A DNA stretch of 64,000 nt from Rebecca billardiae RCC1528 (lineage: Eukaryota > Protista > Haptophyta), in the NCBI GenBank assembly GCA_965240325.2, contig OZ251235.1, positions 1,860,001 through 1,924,000 on the forward strand, in the 5' to 3' direction. This document shows positions 1-10,199 of this stretch, one piece after another; the stretch's first letter is position 1, and every line of letters starts with the position of its first letter. The notes beneath the pieces are model-generated. The model was not told the DNA's origin. It worked only from the letters and a program-made list of their open reading frames with translations, and made no database searches. Made by a program: the position numbers and the translations under genes.

Positions 1-618
1 CCTGCGGGCCCGCCGCCGCCCTTCCCGCCGCCGATGTCAGCCGTCCCGCCGCCGGGCTGGCCAACCGGCGCGCCGCCGGCGCCGGCAACTCTGCCGCCGG
101 CGCCACCCATGCCGCCATCCATGCCGCCGTCGGCGCCTCAGCACGTGGCCGAACCGCCGCCGCCGCCGCCACCCGACGCCGATGAGCCGCCGCCGCCGCC
201 GCCCGACGAGGAGGAGCCGCCGCCGCCGCCGCCGGATGACGAGCCGCCGCCGCCGCCGCCGGAGCCGCCGGGTGGCCTGCGCGCGGCGCCGCCGCCTGGG
301 TACGGCTACGGCTACCAGCCGCCGCAGCAGTACGCTCCTGCGCACCAGTACGCGCCGCCGCAGTATGGGTACACCGCGCCGCAGCAGTACGGTGGCTACC
401 CAGGCTACACGCCCGCACAGCCGGCGCAGCCGTACGGATGGCGGCCGGGCATGCCCGCGGCGCCGCCCCAGCCCTACGCGTCGGCGCCGCCGCCGCAGCA
501 GCACGGCGGCGTGTACTCGGCGCCACACGCGGGGCAATACAACGCCATGCCCCCGCCGCAGCCGTCGCAGCCGCCGCCAGCCGCGTGGGGCGCCCAGCCT
601 GCCGCGCCTGCCCGCTGA
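1..618 (+). CDS. 3' end of a proline/tyrosine/glutamine-rich low-complexity protein (5' part probably outside the window)
   Basis: ORF 34..618 is open back to the window edge. It has poly-Pro tracts and PPQQY/GYG repeats and is followed by a lower-GC 3' region. Confidence 0.6.
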   Translation, partial: PAGPPPPFPPPMSAVPPPGWPTGAPPAPATLPPAPPMPPSMPPSAPQHVAEPPPPPPPDADEPPPPPPDEEEPPPPPPDDEPPPPPPEPPGGLRAAPPPGYGYGYQPPQQYAPAHQYAPPQYGYTAPQQYGGYPGYTPAQPAQPYGWRPGMPAAPPQPYASAPPPQQHGGVYSAPHAGQYNAMPPPQPSQPPPAAWGAQPAAPAR

Positions 619-917
619 GTCAGTCAGAGCATTGAGCCTGAGGCCCTGAGGCCAGGCGCGGAGTGAGGCGCGTGCACCACAATCCATGAGTGCTGACTGA
701 GTCATGATGCCAGACCGTTGAGTCCGCGCATCGTCAAGCCACGCCGTCGTCACAAATACACAATGTCGTCAATGTACGTCGACCAGCAGGTTAAAAAAAG
801 GCGGCGCCGAAAACAATTAATCGGCTCAGGCGCAAGGACTCCCCCAGCCCGGCCGGTCGCTCGTCGTTGCAAAGCTGCGACTGAGTACCGCCCTTGACCC
901 GCGCCCACCTCGTGGCC

Positions 918-2657
918 ATGCCCGGCGCCGACGCCGATGCGGTGGCGCGCCTGCGCGAGCGAGTGGACGCGGGCGATGTGGACGCCTGCTTCGAGCTGGG
1001 GGTACACCACGTCGATGCGGTCGCTGAGCCCGCGGACCTCGCCCAGGGCGCGGTCCTCCTGCGCGCGGCCGCGGAGAACGGGCATGTGGGCGCGCAGGTG
1101 CGGCTCGGCGAGTGCCTCGAGCTCGGCCGGGGCGTGAACCAGGATTGCGAGGAGGCGGCGCGCTGGTACCTGCGCGCCGCGAAGCACGGCCACGCGCCGG
1201 CGCAGCACGCCGTCGGACTCCTCTTCCAGGCGGGGAAAGGCGTCGAGCCGTCGGCGGCCAAGGCCGCGCGCTATTTCCGCGCGGCCGCGGACAAAGGGCA
1301 CTCCGACGCGTGCTGCCGGCTGGCGCGGCTGTACGAGCTGGGCCTCGGGGTCGAGCGGGATCTGAGCGAATCGCTCTACTGGGACCGCCGCGCGGCCGGC
1401 GAGCCTGGCCTCGGGCCGCCGCGCAAGCCAGCACCGCTCAGCCCGGCTTCGAGCGGTCTCTCGCGCCGCGGCTCGGCGCAATCGCCGAGCGGTCTGTCGC
1501 GCGGCGGCTCGGCGCACGATGGCGCGCCCAGACCCGCTGCCGCCGCGGCGGGCGGCGCCAAGCCCGTGCCGCGCCGCCCCTTGTCCGAGCCGCGCAGCCC
1601 AAACGCCCCGCCCGAGCCGCGCAGCCCCAACTCGCTGCGCGCCGCAGCAGAGGCGGGCGATGCTGACGCCATGTTCGCTCTGGGGACGATGCTGCAGGAG
1701 GGCGCGCCGCTGCCGGCGGACGAGCGCGCCGCCGCGGAGCTGTACACGCGCGCGGCGGCGCTCGGCCACGCGCGCGCCCTGTACAACCTCGGCGTGCTGC
1801 ACAACACGGGCGCGGGCGTCGAGGCGTCGCACGCCAAGGCCGTCCGGTGCTTCCGCGGCGCGGCGGAGGCCGGGCTGGCGGAGGCGCAGCACGCGCTCGC
1901 GCTGTGCTACGACGTGGGGCGCGGGGTGGAGCAGGACGACGCGGAGACGGTGCGCTGGCTCCTCGCGGCCGCGCAGCAGGGGCTGCCCCTCGCCGAGCTG
2001 GCGATGGGCGTGTGCTACGACTCCGGCCGGCGAGTCTCCCAGGACCATTCGGAGGCGGTGCGCTGGTTCCGCCGCGCGGCAGCGCAGGGCATACCGCAGG
2101 CGCAGCTCGCGCTCGGCATGCACCTGAGCGACGGCTCGGGCGTGCGGCGGGACCGCGCGGAGGCGATGCGCTGCTTCGAGGCCGCCGCGGCGCAGGGCCT
2201 CGCGGAGGCCCACTGCGCGCTCGGCTTGCACTACGCGTCGGGCGCGGCCACAGGGCGGCCGGAGCACGCACGCGCTCTGCGCCACTATCGGCTGGCCGCG
2301 CAAGAGGGTCAGCGGATGGCGCAGTACAACCTAGGCGCGCTGCTGCTCGATGGCGTGGGCGTGCCGCGCGACGCGTCGGCCGCGGCGTGGTGGCTCGGCG
2401 AGGCGGCAAAGCAGGGCGACGCGGACGCGCTCACCACCCTCGCTCAGTGCGCGTCCGATCGAGCCGTCGTGTCCGCGTGCTGCATCGGCTGCGGCGCGAC
2501 CTCCGAGCTGGAGCCGTGCTCCCGGTGCGGCGTCGCGCGCTTCTGCTCAGGCGAGTGCCGCCAGCGCATGCGCGCCGTGCACAGAGACAGCTGCCTCGCG
2601 TGGAGCGGGGGGCAGCGCCGGCGCTCGTCGTCGTCGCCGTCGGCAACATTGATGTGA
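918..2657 (+). CDS. Sel1-like repeat protein with C-terminal MYND-type zinc finger (~579 aa)
   Basis: Many SLR motifs (AQVRLGECLELGRGVNQDCEEAARWYLRAA, ALYNLGVLHNTGAGV, AQYNLGALLLDGVGVPRD) and a terminal CIGC..CSRC...FCSGEC...HRDSC. ATG at 918. Confidence 0.9.
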   Translation: MPGADADAVARLRERVDAGDVDACFELGVHHVDAVAEPADLAQGAVLLRAAAENGHVGAQVRLGECLELGRGVNQDCEEAARWYLRAAKHGHAPAQHAVGLLFQAGKGVEPSAAKAARYFRAAADKGHSDACCRLARLYELGLGVERDLSESLYWDRRAAGEPGLGPPRKPAPLSPASSGLSRRGSAQSPSGLSRGGSAHDGAPRPAAAAAGGAKPVPRRPLSEPRSPNAPPEPRSPNSLRAAAEAGDADAMFALGTMLQEGAPLPADERAAAELYTRAAALGHARALYNLGVLHNTGAGVEASHAKAVRCFRGAAEAGLAEAQHALALCYDVGRGVEQDDAETVRWLLAAAQQGLPLAELAMGVCYDSGRRVSQDHSEAVRWFRRAAAQGIPQAQLALGMHLSDGSGVRRDRAEAMRCFEAAAAQGLAEAHCALGLHYASGAATGRPEHARALRHYRLAAQEGQRMAQYNLGALLLDGVGVPRDASAAAWWLGEAAKQGDADALTTLAQCASDRAVVSACCIGCGATSELEPCSRCGVARFCSGECRQRMRAVHRDSCLAWSGGQRRRSSSSPSATLM

Positions 2658-2849
2658 GCAGATATGAGCAGCTGAGTGAATCGTAATCAGACTCATCAGA
2701 CTGCCCGGGCAACGCGTCGCAGCACTACCTGATCGGCGGCCGACGCGAACGGCCAGCAACGGGCCGCCCGGCCTGCCCCGGGCCCTGCCGAAGCTGAGTG
2801 CTGATGCCCGGGGGCGCGCCGCGCCCAATAATTTGAATAATTTATTTAA

Positions 2850-4528
2850 TTATGGCCCGCGGTGCAAGGGCGGAGCGCGCAGCGTGGAGCCCGCACCAGC
2901 GGGCCCGAACAACGTTTCAAAAAGATCTTTGATCAAGAAAAATAAGGGACGGGGGACGATTTTCATGGCTGGAGGAGACCGAGTTTCGAATTTTGAGACC
3001 CTCTCTAACATGCATCAAGGCCGAAAAAGGTCGCGCCCACGGCAAGTTCATAGTAAAGCGTGGAGTGACGCCCGTCCAAAAAACTTCACGCCCTTTAGGA
3101 TCCCTAACGTAACGAACCGTTACAAGCGATTTTTCCGGCCAATGAGATTGCAGCAAGGTCCAAGGAGCGATGACGTATCTAGATAGATTGCCGCGAACCG
3201 ATGTGACCATGTACGTCCCTTGAATCAGTTGAATCAACTATTCAATCGCGCCGTGTCTGTATCAGGAGCCGACGAGGCAAGGGTCAGTAGCCGATGGGCC
3301 AACCTCGGCGAATCTCAATACTATCTGACGCGAACGGACTTGGTTGGGCGCGCGCGTGGCCCCGGGCGGCGGCCCACCAGAGGCGGCCCGCGTTTGGAGG
3401 CGAGCCACGGGCACGAGGCTCACGAGCGACCGACGGTGAGGACGGCGATGGGCAGGTGCGCGCGGCGAATGGCGCCTGGAGCGCGCGGCTGCGGCGGGTC
3501 CCGACTGCCGTCGACATCGCGTTCGTCGTGCCCCCGCTCACTCCGCGCGCCCCCGCCGCCCCTGCCGCCCTGTCGATGCCTCGGCGCGGCCTTGCGCGGC
3601 CCCGGCGTGTCCGCGCGAGCCGGCGCCGCAGCCGCCGCCCTGTGTTCGGGCTCTCGCAAGCTCGGGGGCAGCGGCGCCTGATGCCGGACTGATCGATCTC
3701 TGAGCCTTCGACTTCACCACGCGCCGCCCTTGCCATGCCTTTCCGGGGTCTCGTCCCAGAACTCTTCTTGATTGAGAGAGAGCAGGCGCGCCGACGATCC
3801 GAGTCCATCGTCGGTCGACTCTGAGCGAGGGCTACGCCTCGGAACTGAACGGTACTCTACGAGGAGGACGAGCTGCGCGGGCGACGGTGGTGCGTGACGT
3901 CCCCAGAGCTGGCCGTGCCTCTGCAACGCGTGCCGAGCCTGATCGAGGTGTGTCAGCTGCCCGTGCACGCGCGGCGAGTGCGCGAACCGGATCACCGGTG
4001 CCCTCGCACCTCGGCACCGTGCTCCCTCGGGCTGTCAGCTCCGCGTGGCCTGGCGTGCACGTAGAGTTGCGCTCATGCGTCGATCACGCCTCGCGCCCGC
4101 CTGTCGGCCGTCGCGCAGGCGCTGGTCGAACCCTACTCGGACCCTACTCCTCCAGCCCTACTCCCGGGCGCTGCCGGCGCGGGGGGCCGACCCCGCGGGG
4201 ACAGCGGTCAGCAGCAGCGGCCCGAACGAATCCGCGGCCCCGCACCGTGCTCCCTGGCTGTCAGCTCCGCGTGGCCTGGTGTGCACGTGGAGTCGCGCTC
4301 ATGCGTCGATCACGCCTCGTCGCATCCGCCTGTACACAATCGGCGCCGCGCCGGCGGCTGCAATGGGCCCGCCCGGCGCGGCGGGCGGCGGCGCGCCGCT
4401 GATGGAGTCTAGTTGTACGGGCATGTGCAACTGGTCTGTCAATAGACGACTGCGACGGAGGGTGCACCGCCACCGCGGGCCCTGAACTACGTTCGTTCTA
4501 CGGAAAAAGGACCGCGGAACGCGGTCAT
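2850..4528 (+). mobile_element. Non-autonomous Helentron/Helitron2-like element, copy E1
   Basis: Starts TTATGGCCCGCGGTG. 3' subterminal inverted copy CACCGCGGGCC at 4471-4481, then a ~28-nt spacer and the hairpin GACCGCG-GAA-CGCGGTC (4510-4526). The first ~300 bp and last ~60 bp match E2 in reverse complement. AT-rich flanks. Confidence 0.7.
4013..4323. repeat. ~80-bp direct duplication inside E1
   Basis: GCACCGTGCTCCCT..GGCTGTCAGCTCCGCGTGGCCTGG..TGCACGT.GAGT.GCGCTCATGCGTCGATCACGCCTCG occurs at ~4014 and ~4242. Confidence 0.75.
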
Positions 4529-4694
4529 TAATAATTATATATAATAATTAGCAGCAAGATCGAGCGGCAATGGCGCATCATCGTCATCGCGTCATTACTA
4601 CATCACGGATATATTAACGCGACGTGCAGTCAGTGCAACGGGCAGGCGTCAGAGTCAGCAAGCTGTAGCAGACTAGTAGTCTGACTAGCGCCAG

Positions 4695-4830
4695 CAGATC
4701 GAGCAGCACAGAGACAAACGCCAGGATCAGCGCTCCTCGCCGTCGTCCCCCCCCCCCTGGCAGATCGAGCAGCAGCAGAGACAAACACCAGGATCAGCGC
4801 TCCTCGCCGTCGTCCCCCCCCCACCCCCCC
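4695..4830. repeat. Two-copy ~66-bp tandem repeat ending in poly-C
   Basis: CAGATCGAGCAGCA.AGAGACAAAC.CCAGGATCAGCGCTCCTCGCCGTCGTCCCCCCC occurs twice. Confidence 0.75.
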
Positions 4831-4913
4831 CTTGGCTCCGGCTCCGCCGGTCCACCCCCCCAGCTCCGTTACTACGCCTTGGCCCCGAGCCGAAGTCAAC
4901 CAAGCGGACCATA

Positions 4914-5312
4914 AAGACTGGCCGATGTGGCGACACTCCCATAGCTTTTCCTGACGGCCCGAGGTACGAGTGGTCGTTGCCCGCAAAACTGCACGAAAAT
5001 AAACATTTTGCCACGTTTGCGGAAATGGCGGGGCTCCCGGCCGCTCTGCCGCTGACTTCGCCCGCTGGCAGGCGCAGTGGGAGCCGACCACTCGTACCTT
5101 CGGCCGTCAGACAGGAGGTCGTGTACCGCCCGCGCGCCGCGGCCTCGCACGGCGCGGAGAGGCCGCTCCAGGGGGCGGCATCCGCTTGGGCGCGGTCCAT
5201 CTTGACGCCCTCGAGGGGCGCACAGCGCCTAACGCCCCTGCACGCTTCACCTCGCCGTGCGGGAGCGCGTTCAAAACGGCCTCCATCCTGAGGTCCATCA
5301 GCGGCCAGTCTT
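4914..5312. mobile_element. ~400-bp MITE with TA target-site duplication
   Basis: TA|AAGACTGGCCG...CGGCCAGTCTT|TA, with an internal ~25-bp inverted repeat (~4952-4976 vs ~5085-5109). Joining the flanks gives a sequence homologous to the uninterrupted 26131-26192. Confidence 0.7.
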
Positions 5313-5479
5313 TATGCAGCAGAGTCGCGTCCGACCCCCGATTGATGACTTGAAGGAGTGGCGCAGCCGCAGCGGAAGGGAAGCCATGGCGGGCGTGAAT
5401 GCCCGTCCCACCGCGATCCAAGGCGCGAGTGCAACGTCCGGGACAGGGGGGCGTTGCACTCGCCGGTCGGCGTCGCCGT

Positions 5480-5940
5480 ACGAGCGCGTGTGCGTGAGTG
5501 ATGGCTTCCCTTCCGACTTTTCGACCACTCTCACGTCCACGTCCCCGCCCCCGTACAACCGGCGCGCCGGCCAGTGAGGTTGCGCATGGGAAGGATGGCC
5601 GGGCAGGTAGCGGCCAGGATCACCGTTCTGACGGTCATACTGCCCTCCGGGGCATGCATTGCGACGGTGCATGCCTGGCGATGGTCGATCTGGCCCTACA
5701 AGCCGTGGATCTGACGAGCAAGGTTGGCTGCGCGGCCAGTCGTGCGAATACGTTTGGGCTTTGGCTGATGCGTGTGCGCAGCGCCTGTCAACGGCAGGGT
5801 GATCAACGACCGGCATGGCTAGCAAGCTGATCAGGACTAGTAACAACCTTGTCTAGGACCACGCCACGCCATTTGGCGACCTCGCCACCGCTCAATGCCC
5901 GTCCAGAGGCACGGCCGTGCCGCACTACCTGGCCAGCCCG
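5480..5940. repeat. Degenerate dispersed repeat, direct copy A (partner ~9070-9475)
   Basis: Collinear shared blocks with 9070-9475, e.g. GCTTCCCTTCC.ACTTTTCGACCAC.CTCACGTCC, GGATCAC..TTCTGACGGTCAT and CCTCGCCACCGCTC.ATGCCCGTCCAGAGGCAC..CGTGCCGCACTACCTGGCCAGCCC. Confidence 0.75.
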
Positions 5941-6030
5941 TCCGCCAAACGGTGCCGGGAGGCCCTGACCATGACCATCTGGACCGCCCCCTTAGAGTTA
6001 GAAATAGCTCTGAGATCGAGGGCGAACGAT

Positions 6031-8575
6031 TCATTTTTGGCCTTGGGATGATGAGAACGTCGGCGATGGTGTGGCGCGCGCGTCCCCATCACGCAGCGCA
6101 GCTGGGCGCGAGCACATGAACGGCAGCTCGCGCTTGCACGGCCACCACGTGGCCCAGCCTCCCGACATGAGCATGCCGCACTCGTACCCGTCGATGCCGC
6201 GGGGCTGCGCCGGCAGCCATCGACTTGCGGCCGCCGGGTCGGACACGCCGCCCCCCGGCGCCGCCACGCCATCCGCCCAGGACCACGCCTGCTCATCGGA
6301 AGGGTGCCCGTCATGCACCGCGGTGTGGAGCGACAAGCCGATCCAGCCGATGGGCGCGGCGTGGCCCAGCAGGCAGTTTGCGACGCGCCATGCCTCTGGC
6401 TCGCGCACGACGGCGAGCGTCGCGCCCTCGGCCGCGCACGCGCGCTGCGCATCGGCGAAGCTCCCGATGCACGCGGGCATGGCGAGCTCCAGCCCGCCTG
6501 CGCGCACCCACGTGCCCGCGGCCGGGCGTCCGCCGGGCGCAAAGCACTGCGCGCACGCCTCCCGCGCCGGCCGACCGCCCACGCGGATCAGCGCAAGCGC
6601 GGGCACGACTGCGCACGCGGCCACGAGCAGCCACGGCAGCAGCCATCGGCACGTGTGGGCGAGCCCGCCGCGACCGGGTGCTTCGAGCTCGCCGGTCAAG
6701 ACGGAGAACCGGCGCGCGTAGTTGCCCGAGGGGCGCCTGCGCCCACCGCTGCCTGCCCGCGACGCGGGCTTGCGCGCGCCCAGAGGCTTGGGCGCACGCG
6801 CGGTGCCCGGCGCACCCTCGCTCGGCGCGGGCACGGGCGGCAGCAGCTGCAGCACCAGCCTGTTGAAGCTCTCGGTCTCGCCGAAGCTTGCCTCGATCAC
6901 CGCCATCAGCCGGTCGTAGTCGCTCTGCTCCGTCGCGGTGCAGTCCGTCACGTCGAAGCAGCTGATCGCGTCGTGCACTTGGCTCTCAAACCCCGGGAGC
7001 ACGCGCAGCTGAGGGTGGCGCGTGCCCATCTGCGAGTGCGTGAAGATCTCGAAGACGCACCACAGCCGGCTGAGCAGCGTCGGCCCGCAGAGCACGACCA
7101 TCTCGTTCGAGCCCGCGATCACGACCGGCAGGATCGCCAGGTCGGCCGCGATGTTGCTCTGGTCGATGCACGCCCGGTCGATCCACAGCAGCGGCTTGCG
7201 GTGGTGCCGCCGTTGGAACTCGGCGCACCAGCGCCGCAGCTCCCGCCACTTGGCCATCGCGTCGTCGTGCCACTGCGGCGCCCGCGGCCGCGCGCGCGGG
7301 CGTGGCAGGTCGCGGGGCCGGAGGTGGTGAGCGGGCATCGCGCGCCGCGCCAAGGCCAGCGGCACGTTGCGCTGCCACGCGTCCGGCGGGCGCGCGCCGC
7401 GCGCGCACCGAGTGCGAGACGAATGCGTCGATGGCGTAAAGTGGCGCGGGCTCGGACAGCCGGTACCAGCGGTCGTCGTCCGCCTTGCTGTCCGCGGCCG
7501 CGGCTTCCTCGTCGGCGGCGCCGCTGTGCGCGACCGTGGGGGTGGGGCGGATGAATATGTCCGCCGTGAGCAACTCGGAGCGGACGGCGCGGAGCCGGGA
7601 GACCGCCGTTGCGATGAGCTCGTCAGGGCTGCCCGCCTCAGCGACGAGCGACGCTATGCCAGCTGCTGCGCTCACGCCCTCGCCGCGAGCGCCGAGCCAT
7701 CCCTGCACGCGCCGCTGCAGCGGCGCGTCCCAGCACACGTATGCGGCGCCGCTCGACTCGAAGAAGAACGCGATGGTCGACAGCGCGTCGAACGAGCGCA
7801 GGTACCCCGGCAGCACCGCCGCCTGCACGAGCACGTACCACAGCAGGCTGAGTGCCAGCACCAAGTTGGAGATGCACAGGTCGAGCCAGAGCCGGCGCAG
7901 CATGTACCGGCCGTGCAGCGCGCGGTGCGCGCGCCACATGCTCCACCGCTCGGACGCGAGCGCCGCGCCGACGCGCAGCGAGTAGAGCGCCACCGCGAAC
8001 GCGCACTGCAGGTAGAACGGCACCATCACGTCGAGCGTATACGCCGAGTTGCACGTCGCCGCGTCAGGAGCGGTCGCCGTGAGGTAGAGCTCGATGGCCG
8101 TGCCGGCAAACTCGAGGGCCATGAAGGCGTAGCCAACGACCATGGCGACGCCGGTACCGAGGAGCAGGGAACGGTCCGTCGGGAGCAGCACGAGCAGCCA
8201 GAAGGGCGCGAACAAGAACATGAGGTAGCCGCCCACAAGGAAGGGCCGAGTGTCCGGCGGATAGAGCGTGAGAAGCACGACGGTGGACGTGAGCATCACG
8301 ACCGCGACGATCCCTGGCGGGCCCGAGATGGCGAGCCGGCGCATGCGGCCGGCACGGCGCGAGCTGGCGAGGCTCGAGGCGATGTCGCTCGGCACCGCCG
8401 CGCTCGCAACGCTCGAGCTCGAGGTATCGCTTGCGTGCGATTGCAGCGGCTCGTCGACCTCTCCTTTGCTCTCGAGCGCAGACAGGACGTGCTGATGGAA
8501 GGGCGCGCCGCCCGCGTCGCGCATGCGATGGGATGGAGCCCGCCGCCGCCCACCGCAGATGAACGCGCGCAGCAT
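6031..8575 (-). CDS. Multi-pass membrane protein: ~6 TM + TIR/HET-like domain + TM + C-type lectin domain; exons 8575-7409 and 7272-6031 (~802 aa)
   Basis: Splicing the GT-AG intron 7408-7273 joins DAFVSHS|WHDD. It is followed by LWIDRACIDQ and GPTLLSRLWCVFE. The C-terminus has CTLD motifs SFADAQRAC..GATLAVV..WIGL..WSWADG..W...QP..EC..W...C...PFMC. Start codon uncertain. Confidence 0.82.
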
Positions 8576-9069
8576 AGCGTGATGCGCACCCGCGAAGACA
8601 CACCGCACGTGTGGAGAGGAAAGGGGGCCCCGGCTGGATTCTGGAAGCAGCAATCTTGATGGTTGGTGAGGACTGACGACGACGCTGACAAAGGCGAGTG
8701 AGATCACAAGATCGCCCACGCGCACTTTATAAATCGTGCGGGTACAAGTGGTATGCACAGCTGTACCGTGATGCAGATCACAATTCTGACGCTCCATTTT
8801 CAGCCTGTAGCCTGCGGGTACTGATTGATCACCAGCGAGAATCCCGATGGGATGATGAGACACATAAACCAATATACTGATCCAATGCAATTACGAGAAT
8901 GCTATGATCTCGGCGTTCATCTGGTTAAGTGACGGTACGTGCGGGTAGGCTTTAGCCCCCCGGCCACCGCCACCCTGTGGCGGGGTACTCTCGTCCCCAC
9001 CGCGGGTCCAAGGCCCCATCGCCACGGCCGGGTCACAAGGGGGTGGCATAGGCAGGTTGGCGCGGTCGT

Positions 9070-9475
9070 ACGAGCGCGTGAGCGTGAGCGACAGCTTCCC
9101 TTCCTACTTTTCGACCACCCTCACGTCCGCGTCCACGTCCTCGTGCGACCGGCGCCGCGGCGCGGCGCCGCGCGCGCGGCGCGCTGGGCTGCGCATGGAC
9201 GAAAGGATGGGCAGGTAGGTAGGGGGTCAGGATCACTCTTCTGACGGTCATGCCGACCTCTTTGGCATGCCTTGCGACGGTGCAGGCAGCAGGCCTATCA
9301 ATGCTCCGTCTGCCCCCCCACACGCCTTGAGTCTGATGATCAATGTTGGCTGTGCGGTAGTCGTACGTGCCTGTCAATCAAAAGGATGACCGCTCGCCAC
9401 GCGGTTTGGTGCCCTCGCCACCGCTCGATGCCCGTCCAGAGGCACAGACGTGCCGCACTACCTGGCCAGCCACTG
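9070..9475. repeat. Degenerate dispersed repeat, direct copy B (partner ~5480-5940)
   Basis: See copy A. The two copies flank the lectin-TIR-like gene. Confidence 0.75.
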
Positions 9476-9797
9476 CCAAGGTGGGCACCGCCATCTGGCC
9501 GTACTTTCGTTCGTAGGCGAGCTGCTCAGTGTCGCTGTACGCTGCATGCGGCCGGCGCGCCCTGGTGGCTGGTGCGCAGACAAACAGTGTGGACATGGCG
9601 CTCATGCGCACACGCACCCTCGCGCACTCGGCGCCCCTGCGCCCCTGCGACTCAGACGATGACTCAGATCACAAGTCGAGGTCGATCACATCCACGGGAT
9701 TTGCGCGACTCCCAACTCCGGCGCCAGCGGATGCGCCGCCAGCGCGGTCACCGGCCCACTGCGCACGGCGCGCGTACAGACTACAACAGCGTCATCG

Positions 9798-10195
9798 CCG
9801 GCTGACGGCGCAGGAGGGCCAGCGGATGGCGCAGTACAGCCTAGCGCGCTGCTGCTCGACGGCGTGGGCGTGCCGTGCGTCGCGTCGGCCGCGGTGTGGT
9901 GGTTCGGCGAGGCGGCAAAGCAGGGCGACGCGGACACGCTCGCCGCTCGCCACCCTCGCACAGTGCGCGTCCGATCGAGCCGTCGTGTCCGCGTGCTGCA
10001 TCGGCTGCGGCGCGACCTCCGAGCGAGCTGGAGCAGTGCTCCCGGTGCGGCGTCGCGCGCTTCTGCTCAGGCGAGTGCCGCCAGCGCATGCGCGCCGTGC
10101 ACAGAGACAGCTGCCTCGCGTGGAGCGGGGGGGCATCGCCGGCGCTTGTCGTCGTCGTCGGCAGCTGGCAGCATTGATGAGCACGGCTGAGAGTA
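9798..10195 (+). pseudogene. Frameshifted duplicate of the 3' end of the Sel1-MYND gene (copy of ~2288-2685)
   Basis: Near-identical DNA to ~2290-2650 (AQEGQRMAQY..., AVVSACCIGCGATSE, CSRCGVARFCSGECRQRMRAVHRDSCLAW) but split across frames by indels. Confidence 0.88.
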
Positions 10196-10199
10196 ATAA

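Noticed and set aside
9033-9377. Pif1/Helitron helicase C-terminal motif in GMTVRRVILTPYLPAHPFVHAQ
   Set aside because: Only a vague resemblance to GQTL..VGLYL..PVF.HGQLYVA. Key residues are absent and the partner copy does not keep the frame.
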